Source: Moniliella sp. 'wahieum' (Eukaryota). Taken from it: a stretch of 64,000 nt of DNA. The position numbers and the translations under genes were made by a program. This document shows positions 24,192 to 36,849 of the stretch, piece after piece. The stretch lies in NCBI GenBank assembly GCA_003971905.1, contig RSEE01000137.1:1-64000 (forward strand), given 5' to 3'. The notes under the pieces are model-generated. The model ran no database searches. It had not been told where the DNA came from and saw only the letters and a program-made list of their open reading frames with translations. How positions within the stretch are numbered: the first letter of the stretch is position 1; each line of letters opens with the position of its first letter.

Positions 24192-25832
24192 TGGGACAGA
24201 TGGACGCAGCCACACGCTCCCCCATGGCTGGGTGCATGCACGGGTGGTTATATTGCTGGCGCATGCAAGCGCCGCCGCTGCACGGGGCACCGCCCACCGC
24301 ACACGCCCTGCGCGTGCCTGCCCCGCACACCGCCCAGGTGGCGCCCGCCGCCGCCAACGCGCTGCGTGGGGCACACTGCCCGGCTGCTGCTTCCCGCGGG
24401 CTGGGCATGGCGGGTGCCCGCGTCCGGCGGCCCTGCCGCGGCGGTGGCTGGCGCGGTGCGGGCGGTGTGGCGCCGGCTGAGCTCCGCCCCGCGCCGGCCG
24501 CTTTTGGCGAGTGGGCGCACGCATCGCCACCGCCCGCTGTGCTGCCACCTGCTGCGCCCCATGCTGCCCCCATGCTGCCCCCCTGCTGCCCCCATGCTGC
24601 CTCGCCTCGGCGCCATGTGGCCTGTGTTGGTCTGTCTTCCCCGTCGGCTTCTGCCGCCTCCTCCTCCCAAATGCATGCTCCTGCCCGTCCGGAGCACCCC
24701 ACCCACACCCCGACTGCGAGACGCCCCCCTCCACGCACGCCGGCCACTGGCTGGCTGCAGACGGCAACCGTGCACACCAGCAGCCAAGGTAAGGCTGTGG
24801 CCCACTGCAGCACTCCTGCGGCCCAATCATCGATCATCCCTCCTGCATCGATCAACATGTCAAACCAATCATTAATCACCCGCCAATCACATTCACCGCC
24901 ACCCTCCTCGAAGCTTGCACCTTCCCCTCAGCTTGGCTTCAAGCTTCAAGTCGAAGCTTTAGCTTCAGGGCACAGCAGTGCCTACGCGCACCACTCCCCA
25001 ACATCACAGCGCCACCACCCAGTACCCACGGCTCAGCGGCGCAGAGGCTCAGCCGGGCCTGGCAATCATCCACCATGCATCATTCGCCCTTGTCAACAAT
25101 GCCCACCTCGGCCGTTGCTCCGCACTCGGCCATCCACCTCCTCCGCCCCCCGAGCGACCTGCGCAGCTCTCCCCATCCAGTCCACGCCAACGGCGACGGG
25201 CGACCGGTGAGCTAGGGCGCAGTGGCGGGCCCTAGTCCCTACTGCTCTGTCCCCAGTAAAAGTATCGAGTATCATCCGCGGAGTACTCGCTTCGAGGTGT
25301 GCATTGCATGTGATGAATAAATGACTCCCTCTTACTGCTCAATGGACCGAGTTGGTTGTTCGCCGGGTGCGCTTACGCGCGCTTGGGTGTTGTGGCAAAT
25401 GTCAGCCATTGCCACTGCCGCTGTTACTGAAACTGCTACCTCAGGCCTCACTAGCTACTAGTCACTCGTCCTCGGAGTCCTCGTCACGCGTACAGTGACG
25501 CGTTGCGAGGCACTACAGCGGGCAGGCTTAGTAGGCGAGCGTGCCGCGTCCCACTCGCTCGTAGTCTGTTCGTTTGTTGGTACGTTCCTACTGCCCACCT
25601 CGGGATGCCTGCTTTGGATAGATCCTTAACCCTTAACCCTTAACGTCCTTAACGTTTAACGTAGTAACCCGTTACGCGATTACGAAAAAACGGCGCTGAT
25701 GATAGCGTACTGGGTGCAGGGAGCGGGGAGCGAGCGTGCGCACCGCACGTACGCCGTCCGGTTACTCCCGTCCTGGACCAGAAGCCGCAGCAGAAGCAGA
25801 ACTGAATTGAACCTGCACCTGCACCAGAAGCC

Positions 25833-27758
25833 CTACCAGAAGAGTAGGGTAACGGTGGGCGGGAGGTGGTGCGTGTGTGTGTGGGAGAGATGCGAGGCGC
25901 GGGTTGGGGTGGTGGTAGCGCACGAGCGGGAGCGGGAGCGGGATCGCGAGATGGCGATACGACGTAGTGTGCCTGGAGGCAGGGTGGCAAGGAGGGTGTG
26001 TGGGTCAGTCTGGGCCCAGTCCAAGTCTAAGCTGGCAGCCAAGCTATCGAGGCGTTGGTTTTGTGCTTGGAATTCTGGGGACCGCCTGGACCGCTTCGGC
26101 TGTCGCGTCGGTACTTTCGGCATGACCGATGACTAGGAAGGATCCGACGACCAAAGCGTCCCCGAGGACTTGGAATGCGTGTTGTTTCGGTCCGCCGCAC
26201 AGCGCTTCGATGATCGCTGCGAGTGGGATGGTGAGGCTAACACCGACGGTGGCGACGAGCGGACTGGATTTGAGCATGGCCAGCATGTAGAATAAGTCCG
26301 AGGTGAGCGTGATGAACATATTGGTTCCCATACCGAGCCAGGCGGAGGGTGAGGACGGCAGCACAAGTGGTTCCCATCCCGTCCAGTGCAGCACCAAAGC
26401 CACCGGCGCAAATGGCACACGACAACCCACACCACGCCCAAAAGTACGGTGGACTGAGTCGCGCGTCCTCCTTGACGGCCCGCTTGATGTACGTGACATA
26501 GGACGCATACAAAAACGCCGACGTCAAGGGCACAGGTCACCCAACAGTACTTGCTCCTACTAGGCCATCAGGCGCTAAGTACAACAAGTCATTCCCGGCC
26601 CCGCGTGCACCCCATGAAGGTACTACCCCCACGATACCCATGCCCGCGACGGTTCCACCTGCGAATCCGAGTGGGCCACCAACATGACCCCACCCAAGGT
26701 GGCGACAGTAGCGAGCGCCTTGGACGGTGCAAACTGCTCAATGCCCAGGGCAAACCCAATGACCAAAGTGAAAAATCCTTGGGCGAACTGAGCGTCGTCG
26801 CACTCGCCACACTCGTCAGGCCTAACGCACCATTCACCGCCCAGTTGGCACAAAACCATTGCAGCGAAAACCACAGTGCGATCCGCTGCGTTTCGCGCAC
26901 GGTCAGCGGAGCCAAGTGCGCCTTGGGCACCGTCTCGGCAGCCAAGAGCGTCGCCACCACTTCGGGGTCGACACTGCCCAGGCGCGAAGGATGGGAAGGA
27001 TGAGAAGGATGGGAAGACGCGGTGGTGGGATGGATGGGACACGGATCGTACCGGGTCGGGTTCGGGGGCGTGGCGGATAAGGTGCTGGGCCGAGGCGGTG
27101 CGGCCAGACCGCGGAAGCGGGGCCGGCACCGGCGCCGGCGCTGGAGACGGGGCCGGCAAGCCTAGTCGTGCTCGCCATGTGGCGGGGCGGGCCGATCGGC
27201 CGGGGGCTCGGGATCACAGGCGGGTCGGACGGGGGCCAAATAAAGCCCAAGAGGTGGAACCAGGACTGTGGGGAGCGTCGGCGGGAGGGTTTAGCTGATG
27301 GAGCAGCTGGTGGAGCAGTGTTTGGAAAGCTGATGGAGCAGCTTGTGGAGCCGTAGGCGGAGGGGCGGCGTGAGAGCCAGCAAAGCAAAAGGGGATAAAA
27401 TAGAGGACAAAGACGGTCGAGTTGAGGTAGGTGACAGCGAATGCGCCGGTATCCGAATGGGACACCATGTCGGCCGTGATAAAGTTGGCGGTGGTCCACA
27501 TGGCCACGACACTGGCCAAGAGCGCCATGCCCACCACAAAGTCGTGTCGTCGCCGCTGTGCCTCGTGCGCTTCTTCCCGCTCTTCGTCCAGCGAGCTCTC
27601 GTCGCCCCAGCTCTCGGACCCGGTCGAGATGCCGAGGGGGACGAGGAAGAGGCGGAGGGAGAGGATGCGCGGCGGGGAGGGGCGGCGGGGGGGAGCGGTC
27701 GCGCCGTACGGGCGCTGGGTGTGCGGGCGTCGGCCACGAGCGGCGCGCACTCGGGCAT
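25833..27758 (-). CDS. DMT/EamA superfamily transporter, SLC35F5/Thi74-like; 3' end uncertain
   Basis: FVVGMALLASVVAMWTTANFIT, FAVTYLNSTVFVLYFIP, LTVRETQRIALWFSLQWFCANWAVNGALGLTSVASATTLSS, SAFLYASYV, SDLFYMLAMLKSSPLVATVGVSLTIPLA. Confidence 0.9.
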
Positions 27759-29152
27759 GGCGGGCAAGCGGGGGGGGGAAGTTGGAAGCACGACGGTGTG
27801 GGAGAGCAGGGGAGGAGGTTATATGATAAGACGGGTGAGGCGGTGAGGCGGTGAGTGGGCGGCCACAGAATCGAGAATCGAGAATCGAGACGCGGCGCTC
27901 GCTGGGCGGGGGGCGCTACGCGCTTGAACAGTTCAACTTGAACCCCCACCCACACGATCACCGCCTAACCCTACGCAGGCACTGCCCCACCTCTGCCACC
28001 ACACACGCGCCGAGCGACGCACGCATGACGTCACGCGCACCAGCAGGGGGGCAGTGGATGCCCATGCGTGCCCCAGCCTGCGCTCGCTGGCTCCCCGGCT
28101 TGACGCGGCCAAGAAGCGGCGCCGCGACGCCTCTTCCTCCTCGTCTCATCGCCACGCCGTCTGCGCCGGTGCCTGACTCGTCGCCCCCGTCCGTGTGGCT
28201 CTTGCTGTGGCGCACGCACCAACACCCACACCACCACACCTCACGCTCGGAAGGAGCGCGTGCATTGCATCGCCCCGCTCGTCGGTACGGTTGGTTTCAC
28301 TTTGCCCTCCCGCCGGCCCAAGGCTGCTCCGCTGTCCCTGAGCGCTCCTCTTTCGTCGTGCGGAATCGGCCGATTGCCTGGGTGGGTTGCACGTGGGTAA
28401 CCCCGGGCGGCACTAGGACGGGAGTGAGCGAGTAGTACTGAGTCGCTGGCCGTGGTCCCTTCAGTTGGTTGCATTTCCCATGCACAATCGGTACTCGACT
28501 TGCTAGCTTCCCCATGTGTTTACCAGGGTCTTGGCTTGGGTCGGGTGTACCATGTACCCCCCATCGAGCAAATCGCGAATTGGGGAAGTGGGAAGTGGGA
28601 AGTGGGAATCGCGGTATTTGCTCAACCAAGTACGACACGACCCGGTCCGACGAGTCGATGAAGGTGGAGGTGGGTGGACGTTGTGGGGACGCTTGAAACG
28701 TGCCTCGCCAACGCACACACAACGCACGTCTACCGTCCGCCAGCGTCTACTGCGTAGATACGGCTGCTGCGTACAGACGACTGACGACTGACGACTGACG
28801 TTTTCACGACTGTGCAGGCAGAAGGAAATGCTTTTGAGGGGGACGGGGGGCAGTCGCATCACGACCAAGCAAACAAGAAGCAGCATGGCAACCAGCTCGC
28901 CCCAATGTAGGCTTACCCTCTGGAGCATAGGCACGGCACCCATGTCCACGGGCAGGAAAGATGGATGGATGAAAATGAGGAATGAGGAATGAGGAATGAG
29001 GAATGAGGAATGAGGGTTGTGCCTCCTTGGGGAGGCCGGGGGTATTTTGAAGGGGGAAGAGCAAGCAAGCGAGAGGCAGGGGAAGAAGAAGGAGAAGAAC
29101 GAAACCTGTCAACGCCCCACCAAGGACCGGAGGAGCAAGTAAGTACAGTACA

Positions 29153-29342
29153 TTAGTCCTGCTCATCCTCTTCTTCCTCGGCAATGGGCGCCTGGCGCGG
29201 CGGCGCGGCGGCCCACTTGGCGTCGGGCAGGGCAATTCCTGATTCGGAAACGTGCCCACGCGCGGCCAGAGCCGTGAGGAAGATCAAGTCGATGAGCAGA
29301 AAGACAGAGAGGAGCGAGTAGGTGTACGCGCCAATCGCAGTC
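29153..29342 (-). CDS. Probable terminal exon of a small membrane protein; upstream exons not identified
   Basis: Branch-like CTTAAC and acceptor CCACAG, then TAIGAYTYSLLSVFLLIDLIFLTALAARG...IAEEEEDEQD* (one TM helix and an acidic tail). Confidence 0.45.
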
Positions 29343-30796
29343 TGTGGCAGCGGGGACAGCAAGGTGTTAAGCAAATCACATTCACGACGTCCGAATGGGG
29401 GAGGAAACGATCGAGAGGGTGGTGTTCAAGCGGGGCTGGAGAATGGCACGTGCGGATCATCGATCACTGAGCGATCACCAGATCACTGCCAAAGAAACGC
29501 ACGGCCTCAGCGCCTCACGCTTCAGTACTAGTCCCCCCGCACCACGCAGCCCCAACATGGGCAGGGGGGCAGTGAGGCCTGAGGGCCCTCAATTTCCCGT
29601 GCCATTACCAGTTACCAGTTACCCGACACGGACGCCATGCGAGCACCCCTCACCGCGGGGGACAGTCGCTCGGCGGTATCCCAATAGTCGAGGCCCCGGT
29701 AGGATCAGCGACCGATCAGCGGCACGCCAAGAAGAAGCGCAGCCCCAAGCCCGTTTGCGGAGGCGAGTCCGGCGAGTCGATCCGCGTCAGCGCTCCCTCG
29801 CTCTTCTCAGATCTCACTATTCAATCCACCCAATCCCATGGAGTTCCCTCATGCATCATGCATCCCCCCAACTCGCCGGGGTCAAACAGTGCCACGTTGG
29901 CCGTCTCTCGGCCTCTTCGGAGACGGATACTGGCTGTGCCCTCTTTGTTCCGTGGGCGCCACTCGGCAAGGCCGGTGACTCCTGGAGAAAGAAAGAGCCG
30001 GAAAAGAATGGCGAATGGCGGGTGTGCGAACTGAAGCCCTGATGGTGGAGGGTTATATAGTCTACCACACCCTATAGAAGCAGTTGGTCGATGTTAGATC
30101 TTGCCTGGTTGGATGTTGCCGGGGATTACATTGTGCGTGTGCGTGGGTGTGTGTTGGCATCGGACCCACATGCCACCGTCGCGCAGCACATTGCGACAGC
30201 ACTACTCAGCGGAGCCTCCGCTGCGAAAGGGTGCGGAGGGGAGCATCGGGGCGGTGCGCCCAGCTGGGTCGCATGTCGCATGTCACATGTCACATGTCAC
30301 ATGCACATGACAGGCCACAGCGCTTGGACCACCGCAAATTGAGTCAGCCGGGGGGCGCCCAACAGGCACTGCGCTGCTCACGCTCGCATCTCAGACCGCC
30401 CAGCTGACACACCGCCCAGTGGCGCCCCGCCGCGCTGCCCACGTGGGGTTCCGCACGCCCCCCGACCACCGCCCCATGCCACGCTCGACGGCGTGGCGGC
30501 CGCGCACACGGCCAGTGGTGCGCCAGGGCACCAGCCCGGTCCCTCGCAGCCGCACCTCGCGTGTGCCTGGCGCCCCCAAGTGGAGCACGCCGGTGGCGGA
30601 AGCTTTCCCGTGCCAGTGGCTGTTAGCAGAGCCATCTCCAGCTCCAGCTCCATCTCCATCTTCAGTGCCATTGCCATCTCCATCCCATCTCCATCTCCAT
30701 TCCATTGCCATCCCCATCTCCATTCCCATTGCCATCCCCATCTCCATTCCCATTGCCATCCCCATCCCCATCCATCCCCATCTCCACCCCCATCCT

Positions 30797-33700
30797 ATGC
30801 CCATTGTGTCTGCCTCCGAGCCCGACCCCCTCCTGCCCATCCTCATCAACCGCCCGGCCCCCGCCTCCGGGCGCGTCTCTCTACCCCGCCATCGCTGCCG
30901 CCAACGCCTACACCGCCGCCCCCAGCCCCCATCCCGCCCCGCCGTAGCCGCCCCCGTTCACCTCGCCGCAGGACTCTGCCCGTCGAGCCTGCCTCGCCCA
31001 TCATCCGCCGTGGCGTCGTCAGCGTCAAGGACGAAGGCCTCCGCACCTGGATCTGGGCCAAGCGGTGGGCTGTCCTGCGCACCCAGACCCTAAGTCTGCA
31101 CAAAAACGAGGTGCGTTGCTGTCGTTGTCCGGAGGGGAGGGGGGTTGCTCCTACCCTGACCCTTGGAGCCTGAGGCGGATGGCCAGCTGACTGGAGCCTG
31201 GACAGACGACCCCCAGCCCTTTGTCTTGATCCACCTCAAGAACGTAGAGGTGGTGCGGCGTGTTGATCTGAAACCGTACTGCCTCGAGGTGGGCACCAGC
31301 GACAAGAAGCAATGTTTCCTCCAGCTACGCAGTGACGACGATCTGTACGGATGGATGGACAACATTGCTGGTGCCGCGATGGTGTGGGAGGTATGCCAGA
31401 TGGTCCGGGCGACACGTCGGGCGTGAGCGCACCACTGGGTTTGTCCACGAAATCCATGAGGTTTTGACCCGAATTCCGGTGCATTTACCGGTCTGCCGAC
31501 GAATGGGTCCGTCTGCTGTCGACGTCCAGCATCACGCACGATGACTGGTCAAAGACCCGATGCGGTATTGATGTGCTCAAGTTCTACACGGGCATTGCGG
31601 CCGATGGCAAGGACGCGGCCGATGAGCCGGCGGAACCTGGGCCCAAACGTCGACGGCCGAACTGCTGTCGGCGGCCAACTTGGCTGCCGAACAGCTCGAA
31701 GGTGCCCAGAGGGACAATGCTACTTCTGGGGCGCAACATGCGTCGCCCTCCCCGGCTGCTCCTCCTGCCAGGTGCTGGGTCCGCGTCCGACCGGCGCACA
31801 GGGACCTGCTGCACCGCCTCCGTCCAGCGCCGGTCGCTCAGGCCGCCTCGTCCGCGTCGGGCACAAAGCTCAAGCGCGGTTCGTCGTTTACCAGCCGCCT
31901 CGCCGGCTTGACGCGGACGATGAGCATTGGTTCGTCGCATTCCGTCCTGCGCCACCGGCTCCCGGGGGAACCGTCGCCGCTGGCTCTGGCCCGCGGGAGG
32001 GGGCAACGGACACCGGACACCGCAGCAGGGCCAAGCCGCCGCTGTACAAGGCTGCCGCCTTGGCTTCCTCCACGCCTGGCTGCCGGTCGCCCGAGGTGTA
32101 CCATGCGGCGCATGCGGCGGTGCCTATGCCGCCGATCGTGAGCACCACGTCCACAGCTCCGTTGATGCTCAACTCGCGTGCGCGCACCTCCTCACCGGAT
32201 CCAACTCGTCCATCTTGTCAACGCTACCTCCAACACCGAACCAAGGGGGTACAACAAGATGGCCCACCCACCTTCCAGCTCCCGCCCACCCTGGAGGCTT
32301 CATCGCTCCCCCTCGGCGGGTCGGCCGAGCGTGACGTTTGCCAGGCTGCGCTGACCGGAGCGCCAGTCGGCAATCTAATGCTGCGCCCGACCTTGCTCGG
32401 TCCGCTTCGGCTGGCGGCGCACGCCTACGACGCAAGCATTCCACCTTTGTTCTCGGGTTCGAACACCAAACCCACGGCAACCGGTGGACCGTTGGGGTCC
32501 AGGTACGCCGTCCCTCCCACCCCCAGCAGCGGCAGGCGCTGCAGAGAGCCCCAGTCGGAGCGGCACGCGCCACCCTGCCGCACCGTCGGCTCGGGCCGGG
32601 CTGGGAGCGTCGGCATGGGCCCCCACGACCGGCACCGGCACCGACCCGTACCGCAGGGAGGCGGGCCTTGGGCAAGGCCTGCCCCGCCACCGATGCAACG
32701 CAGCGTCACGGCACCTCCCGTCCTGGATGGGAGTGCCTGGGCCGCCCGCCGTGGGTTCCTCAGTCCCTCCCTAGAACGATCGGCCACGACGGGACCGACA
32801 GGACTTGCGTCGGCGCCGCAACGCGCCTCGCCACCGTCGTTCCCCTCGGCCAGCTCGGCCTCGGCCTCAGTCTCGGTCTCAGCACGTGCTCCAGGGCGCA
32901 GAACGGACTGGAGCGCCAGGCGAGGCCAGTACCGCGCCGCAACGGTGCAGGCGCGATCGAAAAACGCAGCGTTGGCCAGCCGCCGTGCGTTTGGGAGCCC
33001 GGTCTCCCCCTCCGTCGTTTTCCCTCCTACGGTGGAGCCAAGGCAGGCTTGTCTCCGTCTCCGTCTCCTTCGCCGTCGCCGTCGCCGTGCCGTTCGCGTC
33101 CCCGTGCCGGCCAAGCCCGCGCCGACCGCGCCGACCGTGACGGCGGCCAGCGCCAAGCCGCTAGATCACCGTCTGTCCCGCATGACCGACCTCGAGGTCC
33201 TGGCCGCCCTGCGGCCATCTCGACGTCTTTAGCCACGGCCAAACCGACCCACGGCAACTGTACCATGTCTGCGCAAAATCGGTGCGGGCGCCAGTGCGAT
33301 GTGTACGTTGCTGCGCCAGCGACGGACCCGCAAGCGCGTGTGGCAGTCAAGGTGATGGACTGAGTCGGCAGCCGCGCAAGCAGATGATTCTGAATGAGCT
33401 GCTTGTCATGCGCGATTCGCAGCACGAGAACGTGGTCAACTTTGTGGCGGCGCACTTGAGCGTCGTCGCGGGCGATGAGGGCAAGCAAGACGTGCGATAG
33501 GGGGCGCGGAGGGGTGGTGTTGTGGGTGGTGATGGAGTACATGCAAGGTGGTGCATGACCGATGGTTGATTGATCAACCAAGCTCTCTGAGCCGCAGATT
33601 GCTACATTTGTCGTGAGACGGCCAGGGTCTCGCGCACTTGCATGCGCAGCACATTATCCACCGCGACATCAAGTCGGACAATGTACTGCTCTCGTCGCGT

Positions 33701-34121
33701 GGGCAGATCAAGATTACCGATTTCGGGTACTGCGCCAAGCTCACCCCGCACCGCGCGAAACGCGCCACGATGGTCGGCACGCCCGTATGGATGGCGCCCG
33801 AGGTGGTCCGGCAAAAGGAGTACGGTCCGCGGGTGGACGTGGGCGCTAGGCATCTTGGTCATCGAAACTGTCGATGGAGAACCGCCGTACTTGGACGAAG
33901 CCACTCAAGGCCATCTACCTCATTGCCACACACGGTACACCTACCTTGGCCCATCCTGAACGCTTGAGCCAGTTGCTCAACGTTTCTTGGCCGTCTGCCT
34001 CACCGTCGACCCGCTCGCCCGCGCTAGCTCACACGAACTCCTCCACCATCCTTTCTTTCGCCTCGCCTGCTCTCAAGACGACATGCGCGCGCTCGTACAC
34101 CCGCGCCATGCAGACCGCTAA
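30797..34121 (+). CDS. CLA4: PAK/Ste20-family kinase of Cla4 type (PH + CRIB + kinase); intron 31111-31205
   Basis: [29 protein letters not shown]...LKPYCLEV...[39 protein letters not shown]. Kinase: KIGAGAS(G)[67 protein letters not shown]. Confidence 0.9.
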
Positions 34122-35282
34122 TCGGTCATCAGTCATCGGACATCGGTATCGATTACGGGTACCGGGAACGGTAACTGTAACGCTTCCCCCCCCTCCTCCC
34201 CCCACCCCCGGGATTTTGCATCAATCATCTTTCCCCCCCTTTTTCCTTTCCCCTTTTTCCCCTTCTTCTTTTTCTTCTTCTTCTTTTCTCTCCGTCTCCA
34301 CCCCCCCATACGCGCTAGACGCCTGCTGCACCATCTGTCACCGCCGCGTTTCTGAGCTAAGCTCTTCCTCCCCCTTTCTGTGACGGCTGGAACGGAAAGG
34401 TAGGGGAGGGCTGGTCCGCCCCCGTTTTCCCTTCTCCGTTCTCTGTTCTCCGGTCTTCGGTCTCCCCTACCCCCCCTCTTCTTGGCTGCGCTGGGGGGGG
34501 GGCAGGCTTGTCATTTTTTTGAGGCCGCGACCAAGCGCAAGCGCACGGTTTCTGTATAATTGAATTGAAGATCCTTTTTTTCTTGGTTTGGTTGGGCCCG
34601 GCACCAATATGGAGTGAAGCTACGAATCACTCAAGTTAGACTGAGTACGCTGAGTACTAAGTACTGAAGGTAGGCACAGAGGTATATCGCACGTTGGACG
34701 TTAATTCAAATCGTTCAGAGCGGACCATCCGGTTGTTGGATGGGTATTAATTGGTTGTACGGGTGGGGGAAAACAAAAGGTTCCTCTGGTGCGGTACGCG
34801 GTAGTCCTCCGGAGGTCCCCTTTCCAGCTTCAAGGCCCTCAAGTGGCCAGTGAAGCTAGTGACGAGTGAGGAGTGGCTAGTAACATGCATAACAGCTAGG
34901 GACGAGTACCTTGTGACGAGGCATCATGGCTGCACCGTAGGAACCACCGGCGGAGCTCTGTAGGGCGCCACCGGGCCCGCACCACAGCCGGCCGCAACTA
35001 GCCCTTTGGAGAAAGTAAGGTCAAGCCAGTCCATAGACAGAACAAATACAGAGATGGGGCAGGGGGAGGGGGGGGACGGTCAATGGACTTTGATGTCCGG
35101 ACGGACCGATACGAATGAGAATGAGATTGGGACTGGAAATGACGACGGAAATGAAAATGGAAATGGGAGTGAGATGCTAGGAAGAAGCCGCAGGAGGCGG
35201 ACATGGGGGGACCTACACCTCCCACACCTCGGGGCGCGTTTTCATCGACTCGTGCTCTGATCATTAAGATCATTCCTTGGGC

Positions 35283-36849
35283 TCAATCATTTTCGGCGAT
35301 CAACAAGGCGACCAAGACGAGCACAATGGTGGTAGGTGTAGCCAAGATGGTGTAGGCCACAAAGATGGTACGCGAGATCAACCGTTCCACACCACCTTGA
35401 CCTTGGCCACCATGCTTGGCCGCGGTCTGGGTTGTGATCTGGGCGAGGGTGAGCGCCGGAGGCGAACCAACAATCAGACATGCCGATGCCAAAAACACCG
35501 GATCGTCCATCACGTTGTTGTGCGTCATAATCGCCAGGTAGGCCATCACGGGAATCAACACTAACGGACACACCACCATCCGAGCCCCAATCGCCGCCGC
35601 AATAGTCCGGGTAGATTCGGACAGTCCGGCAACGTAGCGTTCTTGCCCTTGGACTTGCATTTGCATTTGCTCGTTCCCCGTCGGATCAGCCGACGGCCCA
35701 GAGCATGGCTTGCCCCCCCCGCGTCGCCTTCTTCGCTATCGACGTACGTGGCGGACGTGACGCTTCCGGAGCGGGAGGACGATGCGGTAGGCACAGTCAG
35801 GTGACCCTCGGCCGACGGCGCAACGTGGGGCGGTGAAGGGGGGGAAGCAGGCTGCGGGGAGGCGCGGGGGAAGGGCAGGACGGGGATCGACAAAGTACGC
35901 GCCTAGCGCAACCAGAGTCAGGGGGATGGAACATGCACCACATTGGTCCAGTGCACCACGCAACGGGCCCATGCCCACCAACACCGTTGTACCGGCGGCA
36001 CGAGCGCGACGGCAAGCGAAAGAATCGCAGCCCACAGCGGCGCCGTCATGAACCGGTGCACGGCGAGAAGCGGTTGGAGCACAAAGCGGCGCAGCAAGGC
36101 AGGGCGCGGTGGAGGTACGGCTACCACGGCCGTGTGATCCAACGGCGACGCGGACCGGGGCGATAGGTCATGCTCATGCTCATGGTTATGGTTATGGTTA
36201 TGCTCTCGGTCATCGTCGCTGTCTTGCGGGGAGTTGGGGAAGGAGACGGCCCAGCGTGGCGGGCGTGCGGGGGCCTGTTCAGCGTCGCGCGGAGTTTGGG
36301 CCAAGGAGGAGCCAGCCGAAGCGAGCAGGTGGGCTCCGAGGGACCAGCGGACAAACATGCCCAAGGTGGAAGAGGACGAGGTGAGTGCGCGACCGAGCAT
36401 GGCGTCCGGGTCGTCGGCCGGTTCGCCCGGCTCTTCCCACCGGAGCAAAGGCACAGTCACCACCAGACTGCATCAGCGCCACAGGAGCGAGTTGGAGTTG
36501 GGCGTGATGGCTACTGCGATGGCATAGCGCGTGTGGGCAGCACTGATGCGAGCCAGTTTGGCCAGCACCAGTGCGCCCAGGAGCGAGACGAGCTCGACCA
36601 GGATAAACCCGATGGGCACAATGGCGAGCTCGATGAGCCGGTGCGCATTGAGACTAAGGCGACCTTGCTGAAGAGCAGGGCGGGGGTAAAGATGCTGACG
36701 TTGATCTTGTTGAGCTTGGTGGTGGTGGCCTTGTCGAGGATGCCGCGACGGGCGAGGAGGTAGCCGACAAAGCTCACCAGGATCACCTCGCAGATGCTGG
36801 CGGCAGTGACGCGCACGAGCTCGGCGATGGGGTCGCCGTGCTTGCCCAT
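35283..36849 (-). CDS. Auxin efflux carrier / PIN-like (Mem_trans) membrane transporter
   Basis: ASICEVILVSFVGYLLARRGILDKATTTKLNKINVSIFTPALLFSKVA, NSNSL, FMTAPLWAAILSL, GACSIPLTLVALGAYF, DDPVFLASACLIVGSPPALTLAQIT. Confidence 0.9.

Noticed and set aside
23784..25235. Long overlapping ORFs on both strands
   Set aside because: GC-rich low-complexity and minisatellite DNA with no domain or codon signal.
25310..25430. Possible C/D snoRNA (GTGATGA...CTGA)
   Set aside because: No clear terminal stem, C'/D' boxes or recognisable rRNA guide.
25624..25660. (CCTTAAC)3 as an interstitial telomere
   Set aside because: The unit differs from the terminal CTAACC; it is better treated as one of the heptamer duplications.
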